Assembly: GCA_951406725.2 (NCBI GenBank)
Contig: OX597822.1
Span: forward strand, 58,156,001 to 58,220,000
DNA length: 64,000 nt
Direction of reading: 5' to 3'
Origin: Octopus vulgaris
Taxonomy: Eukaryota
Positions 23,300 through 36,036 of this stretch are shown piece after piece (positions within the stretch are counted from its first letter, which is position 1; every line of letters starts with the position of its first letter). Under the pieces are notes generated by a model that was not told the origin of the DNA, made no database searches, and worked only from the letters and a program-made list of their open reading frames with translations. The position numbers were made by a program, and so were the translations under genes.

Positions 23300-23511
23300 G
23301 TTGTTGTTGTTGTTGTTGTTGTTAAGCAATAAGACAGGTAAGGGTGATTAGGTGATGGTCAAGGGCTTAGGATCAGGAGACCCCAGACCTTGGAAGAAAA
23401 AAAAAACTTTGGTCGTCTTGTAGTCGAGGGCTCTTCGTTGATGCCCGACACCACTGGGTGGTGGCCCTTGAAGTCGCTGGAAATGGAGATCTCCAGGTCC
23501 AAATTCTTGAA
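23300..23511 (-). mobile_element. Unclassified ~190-bp short retroelement with (AAC)n tail
   Basis: The reverse complement matches 44669-45120 from the same 5' start (TTCAAGAATTTGGACCTGG) to the GCTTAACAACAAC tail. Confidence 0.75.
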
Positions 23512-24256
23512 CAGCTGCTACTGTTGCTGATGGTAATGATGACAATGAGTATGATAAATAAGGTATCTGATGGGGAGTGGTATGAGCAAGATTTTGCAAG
23601 TGCTATAATAATTGCATACTTACTTTCTCTGTAATGAAATTATATACCAGAGAACCATAAACTGTATTCATTTTCAGTTATAACCTTTCACTCAATTTAT
23701 TCTTATTTATGTAATTATACCAGCCAAATATTATTTGTAACTTTTCTTCTGATACTTACGTCTTTGTCAACTGACCATGTAGGCCTGATTAAACTGTACT
23801 CTAACAGAGACATATATCCATATTATCCCTTGCCTGCAAACAAAGATCCAAGATCTTTTTCCTATTAATCTTCCAAATTAATTTAGAAAGATTAATTTAC
23901 AGATTCATCATTATATGCACAACAGACAGCAAGATTCAAAGTGATGACTTGCATATGAATATGCTAATCACTGTCATATTTGACACAGGGGATCATCTTT
24001 TCCTCTACGATGAATGTGTTCATAACATAACACTGTGGCTATTTGCTTCCCAACCATATGGTTCTGGGCTCAGTCTTACTATGAGGCAAATAGGGCAAGT
24101 GTCTTCTACTGTAATCCTGAGTTAACCAAAGACTTGCAAGTGAATTTGGTTGATGAAAACTGAGAAAAACCTGATGTATGTATATGTATATGTGTGTGTG
24201 TGTGTGTGTGGGGGGGTATGTATATTTGTCTCCTTGTCCTGACATTGTGTGATAGT

Positions 24257-24653
24257 TACTCTTTTACTCGTTTCAGTCATTTGACTGTGGCCATGCTGGA
24301 GCACCACCTTTAGTCGAGCAAGTCAACCCCAGAACTTATTCTTTGTAAGCCTAGCACTTATTCTATCGGCCACTTTTGCCGAACCGCTAAGTTACGGGGA
24401 TGTAAACACACCAGCATCGGTTGTTAAACGCTAGTGGGGGGACAAACACAGACACACATACATATATATATATATACACACATATATACGATGGGCTTCT
24501 TTCAGTTTCCGTCTACTAACTCCACTCACAAGGCCTTGGTCGGCCTGAGGCTATAGTAGAAGACACATGCCCACGGTTTCACGTAGTGGGACTGAACCCG
24601 GAACAATGTGGTTGGTAAGCAAGCTACTTACCACACAGCCACTCCTCTATGCC
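24257..24653 (-). mobile_element. SINE family A, full length (faces a partial plus-strand copy at about 24035-24240)
   Basis: Family A consensus in reverse complement. Confidence 0.9.
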
Positions 24654-25247
24654 TATATAAATGGTTGTCAAGCAGTGTCACTCATTTCTAATATTCTTCA
24701 AGACCATGTCTGTTCATGGAGAAATATTATCTTGCTTAGAAACAGATGAGGGTTCGCAATAGGAAGGGCATTTGGCTGTAGAAAGTCTGCCTCAATAAAC
24801 TCCATCTGACCCATACATGCATGAAAAAGTGAATGTTAAACTGATGACGATGATGACAAATATACTCAATTCATTAGTACAAAGGAATCTGGTTGTAAAG
24901 AACCGCGGGTGTCTTGACATCATTATGTCTCATCAGTCAGAAGCAGCTCCAAACCAATGAATCTAACAAGAGTCCATGTTCATAATCATCATCATCCTTT
25001 AACATGTTTTTCCTGCTGGCAAGGGTTGGATGGCTTGAAAGGAACTGGCAAAGCCAGGACACACACCAGGTTCCATAGTCTGTTTTGGCTCAGTTTCTAC
25101 AACTGTATAGCCTTCCTAATGCCAACAACTTTACAGATTATACTGGATGCTTTTGATGTAGCACCATTACTACTACTTTCTAAGTGGCATCATCTTCAGC
25201 AAACATTTTGGTCACTGATCAATTCTGATATATGCCAACAGATATAA

Positions 25248-25478
25248 GGCGGCAAGCTGGCAGAAACATTAGCGCACCAGGCAAAATGTTTAGCAGTATT
25301 TCATCTGTCGTTACATTCTGAGTTCAAATTCCGCCGAGGTCAACTTTGCCTTTCATCCTTTCAGGGTCAATAAATTAAGTACCAGTTTCGCACTGGGGTC
25401 GATGTAATCGGCTTAATCCCTTTGTCTGTCTTTGTTTGTCCTCTCTATGTTTAGCCCCTTGTAGGCAGTAAAGAAATA
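25248..25478 (+). mobile_element. SINE family B with TSD
   Basis: Head GGCGGCAAGCTGGCAG and B-box GTTCAAATTCC; GCCAACAGATA is repeated at 25234-25244 and 25484-25494. Confidence 0.9.
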
Positions 25479-26577
25479 TATAAGCCAACAGATAAAAAAA
25501 TGCATATTTTGAAATTATCTTCCCTCCTTCTTAGGGAGTTTCTAACAACTGCCACTAACTATCTTTTTGATTTGTATCTTTTATTAAGAGGGAAATTTCA
25601 ATTAAGAAATATTAGTGTATGGCATTCATTACATTCACTCCTTTACTTCTGTATTTAATTTGGCCAATAATTAAAGTTTCTAGTTTTGACACATCTCAGA
25701 TTATGTCTGCAGGACTTCTGTAAAAATTTAGAGTTGAGGGAGTATGACCAAATGCATGTGTGTATGTATTTTTTAAATTTTTTTTCTAAGGCATTAATTT
25801 ACAGCTGTTACATTCTAAATTCAAATTATTAAGTTATGTAATTACAGGAAATCCATGCTAATTAATGGTGTTTATTGAAATTTAATTTTTTTTTATATTG
25901 CTATTTGATTGGGTGCACATTGTTCAAACCAAAGAAAATGTCAGTGAGTTATGGAACAACAAGGTGTCAAAGACATAAGTGCAGGCATGGCTGTGTGGTT
26001 AAGAAGTTTCTTTCCCAACTGTGTGGTTTTGGGTTCAGTCCTACAGCAAGGCAACTTTGGTGTCTCCCACTAAGCCCTGGACCAATCAAAGCCTTATGAG
26101 TGAATTTAGTAGGCAGAAACTGAAAGAAGCCAGTCATGCACATGTGTGTGTGTATGTGTGTCTTTATACTTCCATGTTTTCACATTGTAGAATAGTTGTA
26201 AAGAAATGTCGTCATCATCATACGAATGGTGTTCTCCATTTCTAGCATTCCATGAAAACATGTTTGGCCATAGAAAATCTGCATCACTGAATTCTGAATT
26301 ACATATGCAAGCATAGAAAATTGGATGTTAAAAATGATGGTGGTGATGGTGGTGGTAGCTATGTATGTGTATATGTATGATTGAGTAAACCTATGTTCAA
26401 AGACATTCAAGTCATGATTATCCCATCCTGTTTTCAGGCATAGTGTATCAAAAATTATGGTATCCAATTCTTTTTTTTTTTTAATGCAGTAAAGTGTGAT
26501 TTAAAGAGTTATTCTATTCATACTTTTAGCAAGCTTGTGTCTCTCAATTCTATATGTCAGTTATTGTTAAGGTGGAG

Positions 26578-27135
26578 TGGAGGCATGTGGCCTAGTGATT
26601 AGAGCAGTGGACTTGTGGTCAAGGAATTGTAGGTTTGAATCAAAGACTGGGCGATGTGTGTGTTTATGAGCAAAACACCTAAGCTCCACACGGCTCCAGC
26701 AGAAGGTAATGACAAACGTCTGCAGACTCTTTCGCCACAACTTTCTCTCACCCTTTCCTCCTGCATTTAGCAGTTCACCTGTGCCGGATCAGCGTTCCAT
26801 CCAGATGGGGAATCTATACGCCAATGAAACCAGGAAACCAGCCCTTATGAGCCAAGTATGTGTCTTTCACTTTTATATGTCGAGCATGGCTCGAGAAGGA
26901 ACAAACAACAACATTGTTAAGGTGGCAAGCTGGCAGAATTATTAGCACACTAGGCAAAATGCTTAATGGTATTTCACCGCTCCTCATGTTCTAAGTTCAA
27001 ATTCTGCCAAGGTTGACTTTACCTTTCAACCTTTTGGGTTCAATAAAAAAAGCACCAGTTGAGTGCTAGAGTTAATGTAATCGATTTTGCCCATTCCCCA
27101 AAATTGCAGGCTTTGTGCCAAAATTTGAAATCAAT
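26578..27135 (+). mobile_element. Tandem SINEs: a tRNA-headed SINE with AAC tail followed by a family B copy
   Basis: TGGCCTAGTGATTAGAGC...GTTTGAATC head and ACAACAAC tail at about 26910, then GGTGGCAAGCTGGCAG...GTTCAAATTC. Confidence 0.7.
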
Positions 27136-27557
27136 ATATCAGTTATTTGCTCCAAAGACAGCCCTCAGTGGACTAAATATTAAAAGAATTCCAGCCATGA
27201 CCATGTTGTTTTTCTGTTGGACATTGCATATCCAGGAATAAATTATCCAATATTTCCTTTCTTTTTCAAGAAGGTTGTCTGTGATTTATAGATTTGGTTG
27301 CTATGTCAAGCAAGTTGAATAACCACATAGAGGCTGTTACATTGGTTGATTTTCTCTTTTTATAACTTCGGACTAGAGGAAGGAGCAGTACTTATAACCT
27401 TCACAAGCTCAACAATATCTGTAAGAGCAATGTGGTTTAATGTTCCACTCAAATGGGTGAAAGTTTAACAATTGCAAAAAAGGCACATGCAGGCAGGGAA
27501 TTCCAGCAGGACAATATTCTGAACATAGGGTAGGACCAGGCCTGTAGAATTTAAAGC

Positions 27558-27882
27558 CAGTGGTTCTCAACCAGAATCCAAATGAGCCCTGGGGAGTCCA
27601 TGTAAGATTTTTGGGGGTGCATATTAGCAAAATAGTAAATTGGGGATCTACAGTAATATTTCAAGGGTTCAAGAAAAATTTCAATTGCAAGAGACAGATA
27701 GGTTTCTTTCTCTAGCACTTTACATAGTTCAACCTGTACAAGTTAAAGTGTTAATAACAAAATAGAAATTTGGAAGAAGTTTCTATAAAAGTCACTTTTA
27801 AACATCAAATGGCTATGGGAGTCCACCAGAATAAGATGATAATAAAAGGGGTCCATAGATAAGAAATGGTTGGGAACCCCTG
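27558..27882. mobile_element. hAT (Charlie-like) MITE
   Basis: TIRs CAGTGGTTCTCAACC / GGTTGGGAACCCCTG. Confidence 0.75.
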
Positions 27883-27890
27883 GTTTAGAC

Positions 27891-28053
27891 CATTCATGAT
27901 CAAACTGTGGTTTGCAAACTGTATGCCACCTTAGGGCTTTCTGAATGGCACACCTAATGAAAAATTACTTTGAATGTTTTTAGTAGTGCAGTCCAACCGA
28001 TGGTGAGTCATATCTTATGCAGCTAACTTCTTAAAAAGGGTTGCCCCTGCCTA
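27891..28053. mobile_element. Second, older hAT-like MITE with 8-bp TSD GTTTAGAC
   Basis: GTTTAGAC occurs at 27883-27890 and 28054-28061; a related copy lies at about 53664-53810. Confidence 0.55.
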
Positions 28054-28327
28054 GTTTAGACACAACATGGATAATTAGAGAGGAAGAGATCAGTGAACCA
28101 AGAGTCCTGAGTTCAAGTAGCTTCAAGGAGCAGAGCAAACATTGTTAGAGTAACAGAACAGGCAGAAGGAGGAGACAGATACATTGGTGAGTCAGTGGCT
28201 GGAGTATGTCTGGGTGGGACATTATGCCAATCATTCAAGTGGTTTTCTTTGGATGCAGTTTGTAGGAGAGATGAGTATATGAGATATGAACAAAGAAAGC
28301 ATGTTTATTGGAAGACTGTAGAGGAAG

Positions 28328-28720
28328 AGGCATGGCTGTGTGGTTAAGCAGTTCACTTTGCAACCATGTGGGTTTGGGTTCAGTTCCGCTGCACAGAACC
28401 TTGAGCAAATGTCTTCTACAATATAACCCAAGATCAACCGAATGTCTTGTGGGTGAATTTGATACACAGAAACTGTGTGGAAGCCCATATGTGTGTGTGT
28501 GTGTCTCTTTGTGCTTGTGTTTCCTGTCCCCCTCTTGCTTGACAACCAGTGTTGGTTTATGCTCCATTAACTTAGCAGTTTGGAAAAAAGAGACTGTTAA
28601 AGTAAATATCAGACTTAAAAAATTAAGTAATGGGGTTGATCCATTCGACTAAATCTCTCTAAGGTGGTGCCCCAGCATGGCTGCAGTCCAATGACTAAAA
28701 TAAGTGAAAAATAAAATAAA
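28328..28720 (+). mobile_element. SINE family A (diverged)
   Basis: Head, core and tail are recognisable. Confidence 0.8.
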
Positions 28721-30104
28721 AGTTTGAAATAGTAATTAGATCAAAATTAAGATACAAGGGAATTTACTGTATTACAGACCTGTACAACCCATAGTAACAG
28801 ATGTTATAATGATAACAGCAACAATTTTGGTGTTTAACTTCTCTTAGTAAAAAAAAAAAAAATAAATGCTTGTTCTTTGTTTGCAAAGCAGAAACACACA
28901 CATGTTTGTGTATATATGCACATATATATAAGTACACATATATTTATACACACACACACACACACATGTAATGTGTGTGTGTGTGCGTGCATGCGTGTGT
29001 ATGTGTGTGTGTGTGTATATATATATAGGCCACAACAGTGAAATGCCGTTTATTTTCATATATGGCATTTTGCCATTCCAAAACAGTACCATTCTCAGCT
29101 TTTATGAAATGGTCCTTTCTGATGTTTTTGAACATTTAGTCTATTGCATTCTCAGCAGTAGGTTCCACTATAGAAATAGTCTCATTTTACCATCTTTGTT
29201 CTCTCTCTGTCTCTTTCTTTTTAGTCTGTCTGTCTGTCTGTCTCTCTATCTATCTATCTGTCCATCCATCTGTCTGTCCGTCTGCCTGTCTGTCTGTCTA
29301 TCTCCTTACTTTCAAGAAATTGTGCCAGATGTTTTCTGCCTTGTATTTTTTAAGTTTAATTTTAACTTTCTTTTTTTTTCTTGCAATGTAATAAAAATAT
29401 TTATGAAAAAAAGCACACACAAACACAAAGAAATATCAATGCATAAGTTAGAATAATCTAGAAACAATGTTAACATTCCTTTGAAAGAGTAGAAATATAA
29501 AAGAGAGAGAAAGAGAGAGTAGTAACCATTATTGTATTTTTCTTAACTAATTAGAATTTACTTGTCCACAGAGACAGCAGTGATTCTCTTCAAATATCTT
29601 CTACTTAACAATGAATATTCAGCTAGCTGCAATTTCAAAGAACAACAAGTACAGCAACAATAAAAACTATAATTCTGAAGCATTTGGTAAATATATCAAT
29701 GTATGTGTATTACTTCCTATTGGCCATTGAAGAGGTAAGATGAGAGGTAAGCTTGTTTACATAGATAAAAAGCCTTAATGAGTTTTAGGCTAACATTTAA
29801 TTTTGGGGCTCAAATTCTGCCAAGATTAATTTATCTGCTTTTCATAGTTCCTGGTTCAAAAATTATGTCGCTGATCATTTAATGGGTCAACATATATCTG
29901 TAATTTATGAGCAAGAATGCCATTGGTTACAGGTTTGCAAAGGCCCAATCACTGCTTTACAGTATATCTCATGTCAAAATTAATAAGGGAGTGTTTGTAA
30001 CTCAATGCATTCTTAAATATTCTAAAGAACATTATTATTAACCCTTTGGCATTTAAACCAGCCATATCCAGTCCAATTATTCTACAGCTTGATAATATAA
30101 TATA

Positions 30105-30660
30105 CAGGGCGTCCCAGAAAGATTTACCCATGTTTAAAATTCTTCCTAAAGAATATTGGTTCTGGTAATATTATCTACATTTTACATAAAGATTTGCATA
30201 TGTCATTTGTTCATGCGTCTAATTTTTTATTCATCTATAACAGGTTTGCAAACAAACATGGTAGCAAAAGCAAAACATGACCAGATCGTCACTTTAAAAA
30301 CAACTGGAGTGAGCAACAAGGACATAACAAAACAGTTGAATATGTGCTGTAAATCAATGTTCAATACCTGGAAATGATATAAGGAGTTTTCTACTACCGC
30401 TAGTAAGCCAATTCTTAATAGGAAATGATCAATTCATACCAAACAAACTGTTGAAGCTGTGAAGAAGTGAATGAACTGAAACCCCTGCAAGAGTGCAAGA
30501 AAAACTGCAAAGGCTCTTGATATTTTGGAATCACCAATGCACAGGATCTTTTAAAGAGGATTTAAAGCTAACTGCAATCCTGGCAGTTAATTTCAGTAGC
30601 TTCCAAGAAGAAATTGTTCAACAGAGACAGAGATATGATTGTATGGAACAGCCTGAAATT
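30105..30660 (+). mobile_element. Tc1/mariner (maT/DD37D-like) 5' fragment with pseudogenised transposase N-terminus
   Basis: TA|CAGGGCGTCCCAGAAA TIR. From ATG at 30258: MVAKAKHDQIVTLKTTGVSNKDITKQLNMC...K*YKE...NRK*SIHTKQTVEAVKK*MN*NPCKSARKTAKALDI...MHRI..EDLKL, a paired HTH pattern with several in-frame TGA stops. Confidence 0.8.
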
Positions 30661-30695
30661 GGGAAATTGATTTGGTAGTTTATTATGATAAAAGT

Positions 30696-30698
<3 letters not shown>

Positions 30699-30767
<69 letters not shown>

Positions 30768-30809
30768 AGGGAGGGAGGGAGGGAGAGGGAGAGAGAGAGA
30801 GAGGAGAGA

Positions 30810-30866
<57 letters not shown>
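30699..30866. repeat. (GA)n/(GGGA)n microsatellite
   Basis: Direct inspection. Confidence 0.97.
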
Positions 30867-30868
<2 letters not shown>

Positions 30869-33800
30869 TGTGTGGATGCACGCATGTACACACAACCTAT
30901 AGAAACTAATACTTGTCCCCTAAGTGTTATCTGCATCTATGTTACAAACAGTATAAGGGGCTAAGATCGACACTTACAAGCAGCATTGTTTGTGAAAGAC
31001 AGGACTGAATGGATACTGTGTGTCACTGCCTACTACAGAACCAGTTTTACAGGAACAGTAACTTGTAAAAAGGACAACAAAAATGTTTACAGGTGGAAGA
31101 AAATAACCTTAGTTTCACCTGGAAACAAGGTAAATACTGCTATAAGAGAATGTCCCTAAACTGTTCACAGGTTATCTGCCAGTCAATGCAAGAAATGTGG
31201 AAAAGATCCATTATCACATTTGGATGAGTCAGTTGATACACCATAAACAACTGTTTTATGGAAAAGATTGTCACCTGTGACAGGTGAGTTATGGAAGAGA
31301 ATGTGACCATTATATCAGGTTTGTTCAATCATTTGTGACAGGTGAGATATAGAAGAGACTGTTATTTTTGTGGATTAGATAGTTTTCTTTTGGAAACCCT
31401 AAATAAATAAAGGGGCTGATAGTACTGTTCTTTACCTATATCACTAAACTTTTAGAAAGGACATTGAATAATGATTAATGTTCATCCTCTTACCTTTTTT
31501 TTTACTTTGGGTCAAAATTTAACTCCTTACATCGGTTTAAACAAATACTTATAAAAACAAAACTAGCTAAAACAACAAAATAACAATACATTGTAGTATG
31601 GCTAAGGTGTTGGTGGTGGTGGTGGTAGGGGATTGTGGAACTTAATCATTTTTGGACTAAGGTGGTTTATTCTTATCTAAAGAGTTTCAGTTCAGCTGGG
31701 AAGCCATCAAACTCATTGCCAAATCTATGAAACAGCATCTATAACAAAACAAAACATACTGAATAAGGTAGGAGGATATAGTACAATGCCAGTGATTGGA
31801 TACAAATCTATGACTTCTCATTTTGTAAAACTGATTACTTTATCCACCTGACCAAAAAATCAGTGTTTTGGCTCTGGCAACTGAAATTGTCATGGTTACC
31901 ATGACAATTTGTACTCTTTGCATACAGTAGTTTTTTAGTTTAAGTTTCTATTGGGAAAAAGTACATGATTCCAGCTGGTTAAATCCACCTACTTGTAATA
32001 GGTATGCTAGGTAGGTACAGTAGATTACCTTAAACAAGGAGTTTGGATTGGATTGCTTCTGTTCAGACTACAGCAGGACAAAGGCCTCAGGATGTTCTCT
32101 CTACCAACCATGGCCTGATATGGAAGCCATATATTTAAGCTTGAGATCATATTGGTTTGATGAGCCTATTCTGCCACACTGGCTCGACAAGGCTTGGCAG
32201 AGGGGTGGAGTTTTTATACTCTTTCCCAGGAGTGGTTAAGTCAATTACATTGACCCCAATGCTCAACTGGTACTTCTTTTATTGACCCTGGAAGAATGAA
32301 AGGCAACGTCAACCTTGGTGGAATTTGAATTCAGAATATAAAGATGGATGAACTACTGCTAAGCATTTCGCCCAGCATGCTAATGATTCTACCAGCTCAC
32401 AGCCTTACTTTAAACAAGAATCTACTATAATAATACTTGTGTTTTCCCCCCATCACAGCATATGAATGAGAAAGGAAGGGGTGATAGATGAATAAGGAAG
32501 GAAGGGGTGATAGCAAATTTGGTAGTGGGATGGTGAACATTCAACACTAAAAAGAAAAATCAAACAGTGTTTCAACTCTGTGAGTATATGTGTGCGCATG
32601 TATGCATGTACAAGGGAAATATATGAATGTATGTGAACATTGACAAGTAAATTAAGTTGATGTACCATCCATATTTATATATAAAATACTACAATTAGCT
32701 GTCATTTTTGATGGCACAGGGCCAGCTAGTAGTGTATAATTGAGGAGTGTATAATTGAGGAGTGTGTAGTTAGCTTTTAATGTGAAGTATGCCTTGAGTC
32801 TTAGGATGCATAGGGTCAGTAAACAGATTTCCATAGCGCATAAGTGACTGAGATCACAATGTTCCACCTGAATGGGATGCTAGGCCATTGCATGATTACT
32901 CATTTACAGCTGAGTGGAGCACAAGATGTTCTTGCCTAACAAAAGGTGAAATCTCGCCCACATGCAAATTTGAAACTGCCCACTGTGAAATGAAGTGTTT
33001 TCTCAAAAACCCAATGCATTGTCCAATGCTGGAATTGAAACCCTGATATTGCGATCACGAGTGCGACTCTTTAACCACAAGGCCACACACCTTCTAAATG
33101 AAATGCATGGCTCGGATCTCCCGGTGGAGGAGTGGAGAGGAGATAGCAACCACCAAATTTATTAACCAAGACAGAAGAACTAAGTGAGGAAGAATTCAAA
33201 GACCACTAGATTTACTAAAACATGTTAAAAATAATGCTATGACTGACAATCCTGCAAAACAAACCAAGCATTAGAGTACTTTGTCCAAGAGGCAGAAAAT
33301 TTATGGAATCAGAGAAAAACAAGCTAATTTCCATGTTAACGACCTTTGAAAGTTTGTAATTAATTAGAAGGATGATTTTAAAGGAAATTCTTGATTACTT
33401 TTTGAATTTTTTATATTTAATGACTTATTCAGATGAGGAAGGACCCGAAATATGGATTTTCTAAGAGAAGAAACTTGAGAATAATTAATTAAAACATTTG
33501 ATACCTCCTACCTAGTTTTAATCATATTCTGGCATTTAAAAAATTTGTTTTACCCTATTAAGGCCTATATTTTTACACAGGTCTTATAGGAAATTCTTGG
33601 AGGAGAATTTACAGATATTATTTTCAAGATAAGGTACAACTGAGGCCAGCAATGTTAATGAGTGGAGCTCAATCAACTACATCAGTCACATTACTAGACT
33701 GGTACTTTGTTTTAACGATCTCAAAATGATGAAAGCCAAAATTGGCCCTGGTAAGATTTGAGCTCAGAATATGAAGAGCCAGAAGAAACACAACTAAACA

Positions 33801-33990
33801 TTTGTTCCACTGTGCTAACAATGCTGCCAGCTCACCACCGGCTTGCTAGAAATAATAGCACCTAAACCTCCTTTAAATTAATCATTAAAAATCTTATAAA
33901 ATATAGATTTATTAGACAATGAAATCTTCGATATACAAGAAAAGTGAGGATGGTCACCCCCACCCCCCCCACCAGCAAATGTACTACTTT

Positions 33991-34089
33991 CTGCTGGTGC
34001 TGCTGCTACTACTATTACTACTACTACTGCTGCTGCTGCTGCTACTACTATTACTACTACTACTGCTGCTGCTGCTGCTACTACTACTA

Positions 34090-34187
<98 letters not shown>

Positions 34188-34213
34188 GCTGCTACTACTA
34201 CTACTACTACTGC
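33991..34213. repeat. Compound (CTG)n/(CTA)n trinucleotide repeat
   Basis: Alternating CTG and CTA blocks, about 74 triplets; this generates the spurious poly-L and poly-C/Y ORFs. Confidence 0.97.
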
Positions 34214-34515
34214 ATGAAGAAAATTTATGACATGGTTGGTGACAGCTGTTTACAGGGAAAATGGACCAGACATAGACTAGACGGAGGTTAGTTCATAGCT
34301 GATATTAACCTTTAATTTATGAAGTTTGAAAATTGGTATTAATCTGTCTTTTGCCTTGTTTTGTTTTGTTTTTGACCCCATTCTATCTCTAGAATAAGTG
34401 ACAATAGTTAAGTAAGCAGTTGAACACCTAAACAAAACTTGATACTTTCCTGGGCCTTCCTTAATCACCAATTACCACACCACATTCAGCCTTTCAACCT
34501 TCTTATTAGGCTTAA

Positions 34516-34735
34516 CCCTTTAGTATTCAGATTTGTTTGTCAAAAGCATCGCTTATTCAATAACATTGTTTTGAATTAACCATGCAATATTTTGTAGCTT
34601 CAAGGCTTCAATGGTGTGTTCGAATATTTTTAGAAAGACATTGTAGGGTAGGTGTGAGAGGCTGGATCTAGTCAGTTTTAACATAAAACAGGTACAATAT
34701 TTGGGTTGGATATGGCCAGATTAAATGCTAAAGGG
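34516..34735. mobile_element. Complete piggyBac-like MITE (220 bp)
   Basis: TTAA|CCCTTTAGTATT ... AATGCTAAAGGG|TTAA. Confidence 0.88.
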
Positions 34736-35649
34736 TTAATAGGACCCGGGGTATGACTGGAGAAATGCACTCTGCTATTAACATACCTAACTAAATCTCA
34801 TTTCTTATCTCTCTTTCACCCTCAGACAGACAGATAGAAAATTTGTTTGTCCATCTACTTACTCTTATATTTATCTATTATATTTCTAGCCACTTAATTA
34901 AAGTATTATTTAATTAAATATGAAAATATTAAAAATAAAAGAATCAGGTAATTAAATGATTTTTAAAAGCCACCACCTTCATTACAACCTTTATCAATAA
35001 CACTACTACAAAAATAACAACAAGAGCAACAGCAGCCGCCACCGCCACCACCACCACCATCTTCATGAAATAGCAAGAATTGCAGTCCAAAGATAGGCTC
35101 TTCTTTTCAAAGCCAGAGGAAACTCCAGACTCAGCCTTCTCCAACAATAACTGACATTCTACAAAGCTAAGGTGGGGACCATATGTGGGACTATGCTGCT
35201 ATTGCAGCACACACAGACAACCTAGGCTGCATCTTGCATTGAATGAAAGGTCACTTGACCAACCAGTGGCATAAAATCCCTCACAGACACACTCCACTCT
35301 CTGGCCCACAAGTATGCTGTCTCCTCTACTTTTTCTGTTTCTACTATAATGGCCTCTATTCCTCAATTCTGACTAATCTCATGCTACCTCCACTTGGACA
35401 CTCTCAGCTTACTTGTCCCCCTTCTCCTCCCCTCCCCTCATTACCCTTATCTTAGGTTCTGCATTAACCAATATGATCAGTCCTTTCTCCCCAGAAAGTC
35501 ATCCATCTGGAATCTCCTCTCTGCCTGTGTCTTTCTGGCAGGTGTTGATTTACATCAACTTGAAAGGAACATTCACAGTCACTATCTCATCAGTCTTGGA
35601 GTGAAAGCCATGCAAATTACCAATTCTTTCAGATACAGTAAATTTTTAT

Positions 35650-35841
35650 CTTCTACTTGTTTCAGTCATTGGACTGTGGCCAAGCTGAAGCACTGCCTTC
35701 TCAGAGGGTTTAGTCAAATTAACCCCAGTATTTGTTTTAATTCTAAGCTTATTCTATTGGTTTCTTTTTGCTGAACTACTACAGGGATATAAACAAACCA
35801 ACACTAGTTGTCAAGCGATAATGGGGGACAAGCACAAAGAT

Positions 35842-35887
<46 letters not shown>

Positions 35888-36036
35888 GATGGCTTCTTTC
35901 AGTTTCGTTTACCAAATCCACTCACAAGACTGGTCAGCCTGGGGCTCTTGTACAAGATACTTATCCAAGGTGCCACACAGGGACTGAACCCAGAAACAGA
36001 TGGCTGGGAAGCAAACTTCTTACCACAAAGCCACAC
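35650..36036 (-). mobile_element. SINE family A (diverged)
   Basis: Reverse-complement match to family A. Confidence 0.8.

Noticed and set aside
30568-30936. ORFs rich in LS/ER repeats
   Set aside because: They are translations of a (GA)n microsatellite.
31092-31350. Several AG/GT pairs suggesting small plus-strand exons and a TGTGACAGGTGAG direct repeat
   Set aside because: Peptides are unrecognisable and frames contain stops; compatible with chance plus a local duplication.
33919-34291. Poly-Leu and poly-Cys/Tyr ORFs
   Set aside because: Products of the CTG/CTA repeat, with no splice or homology support.
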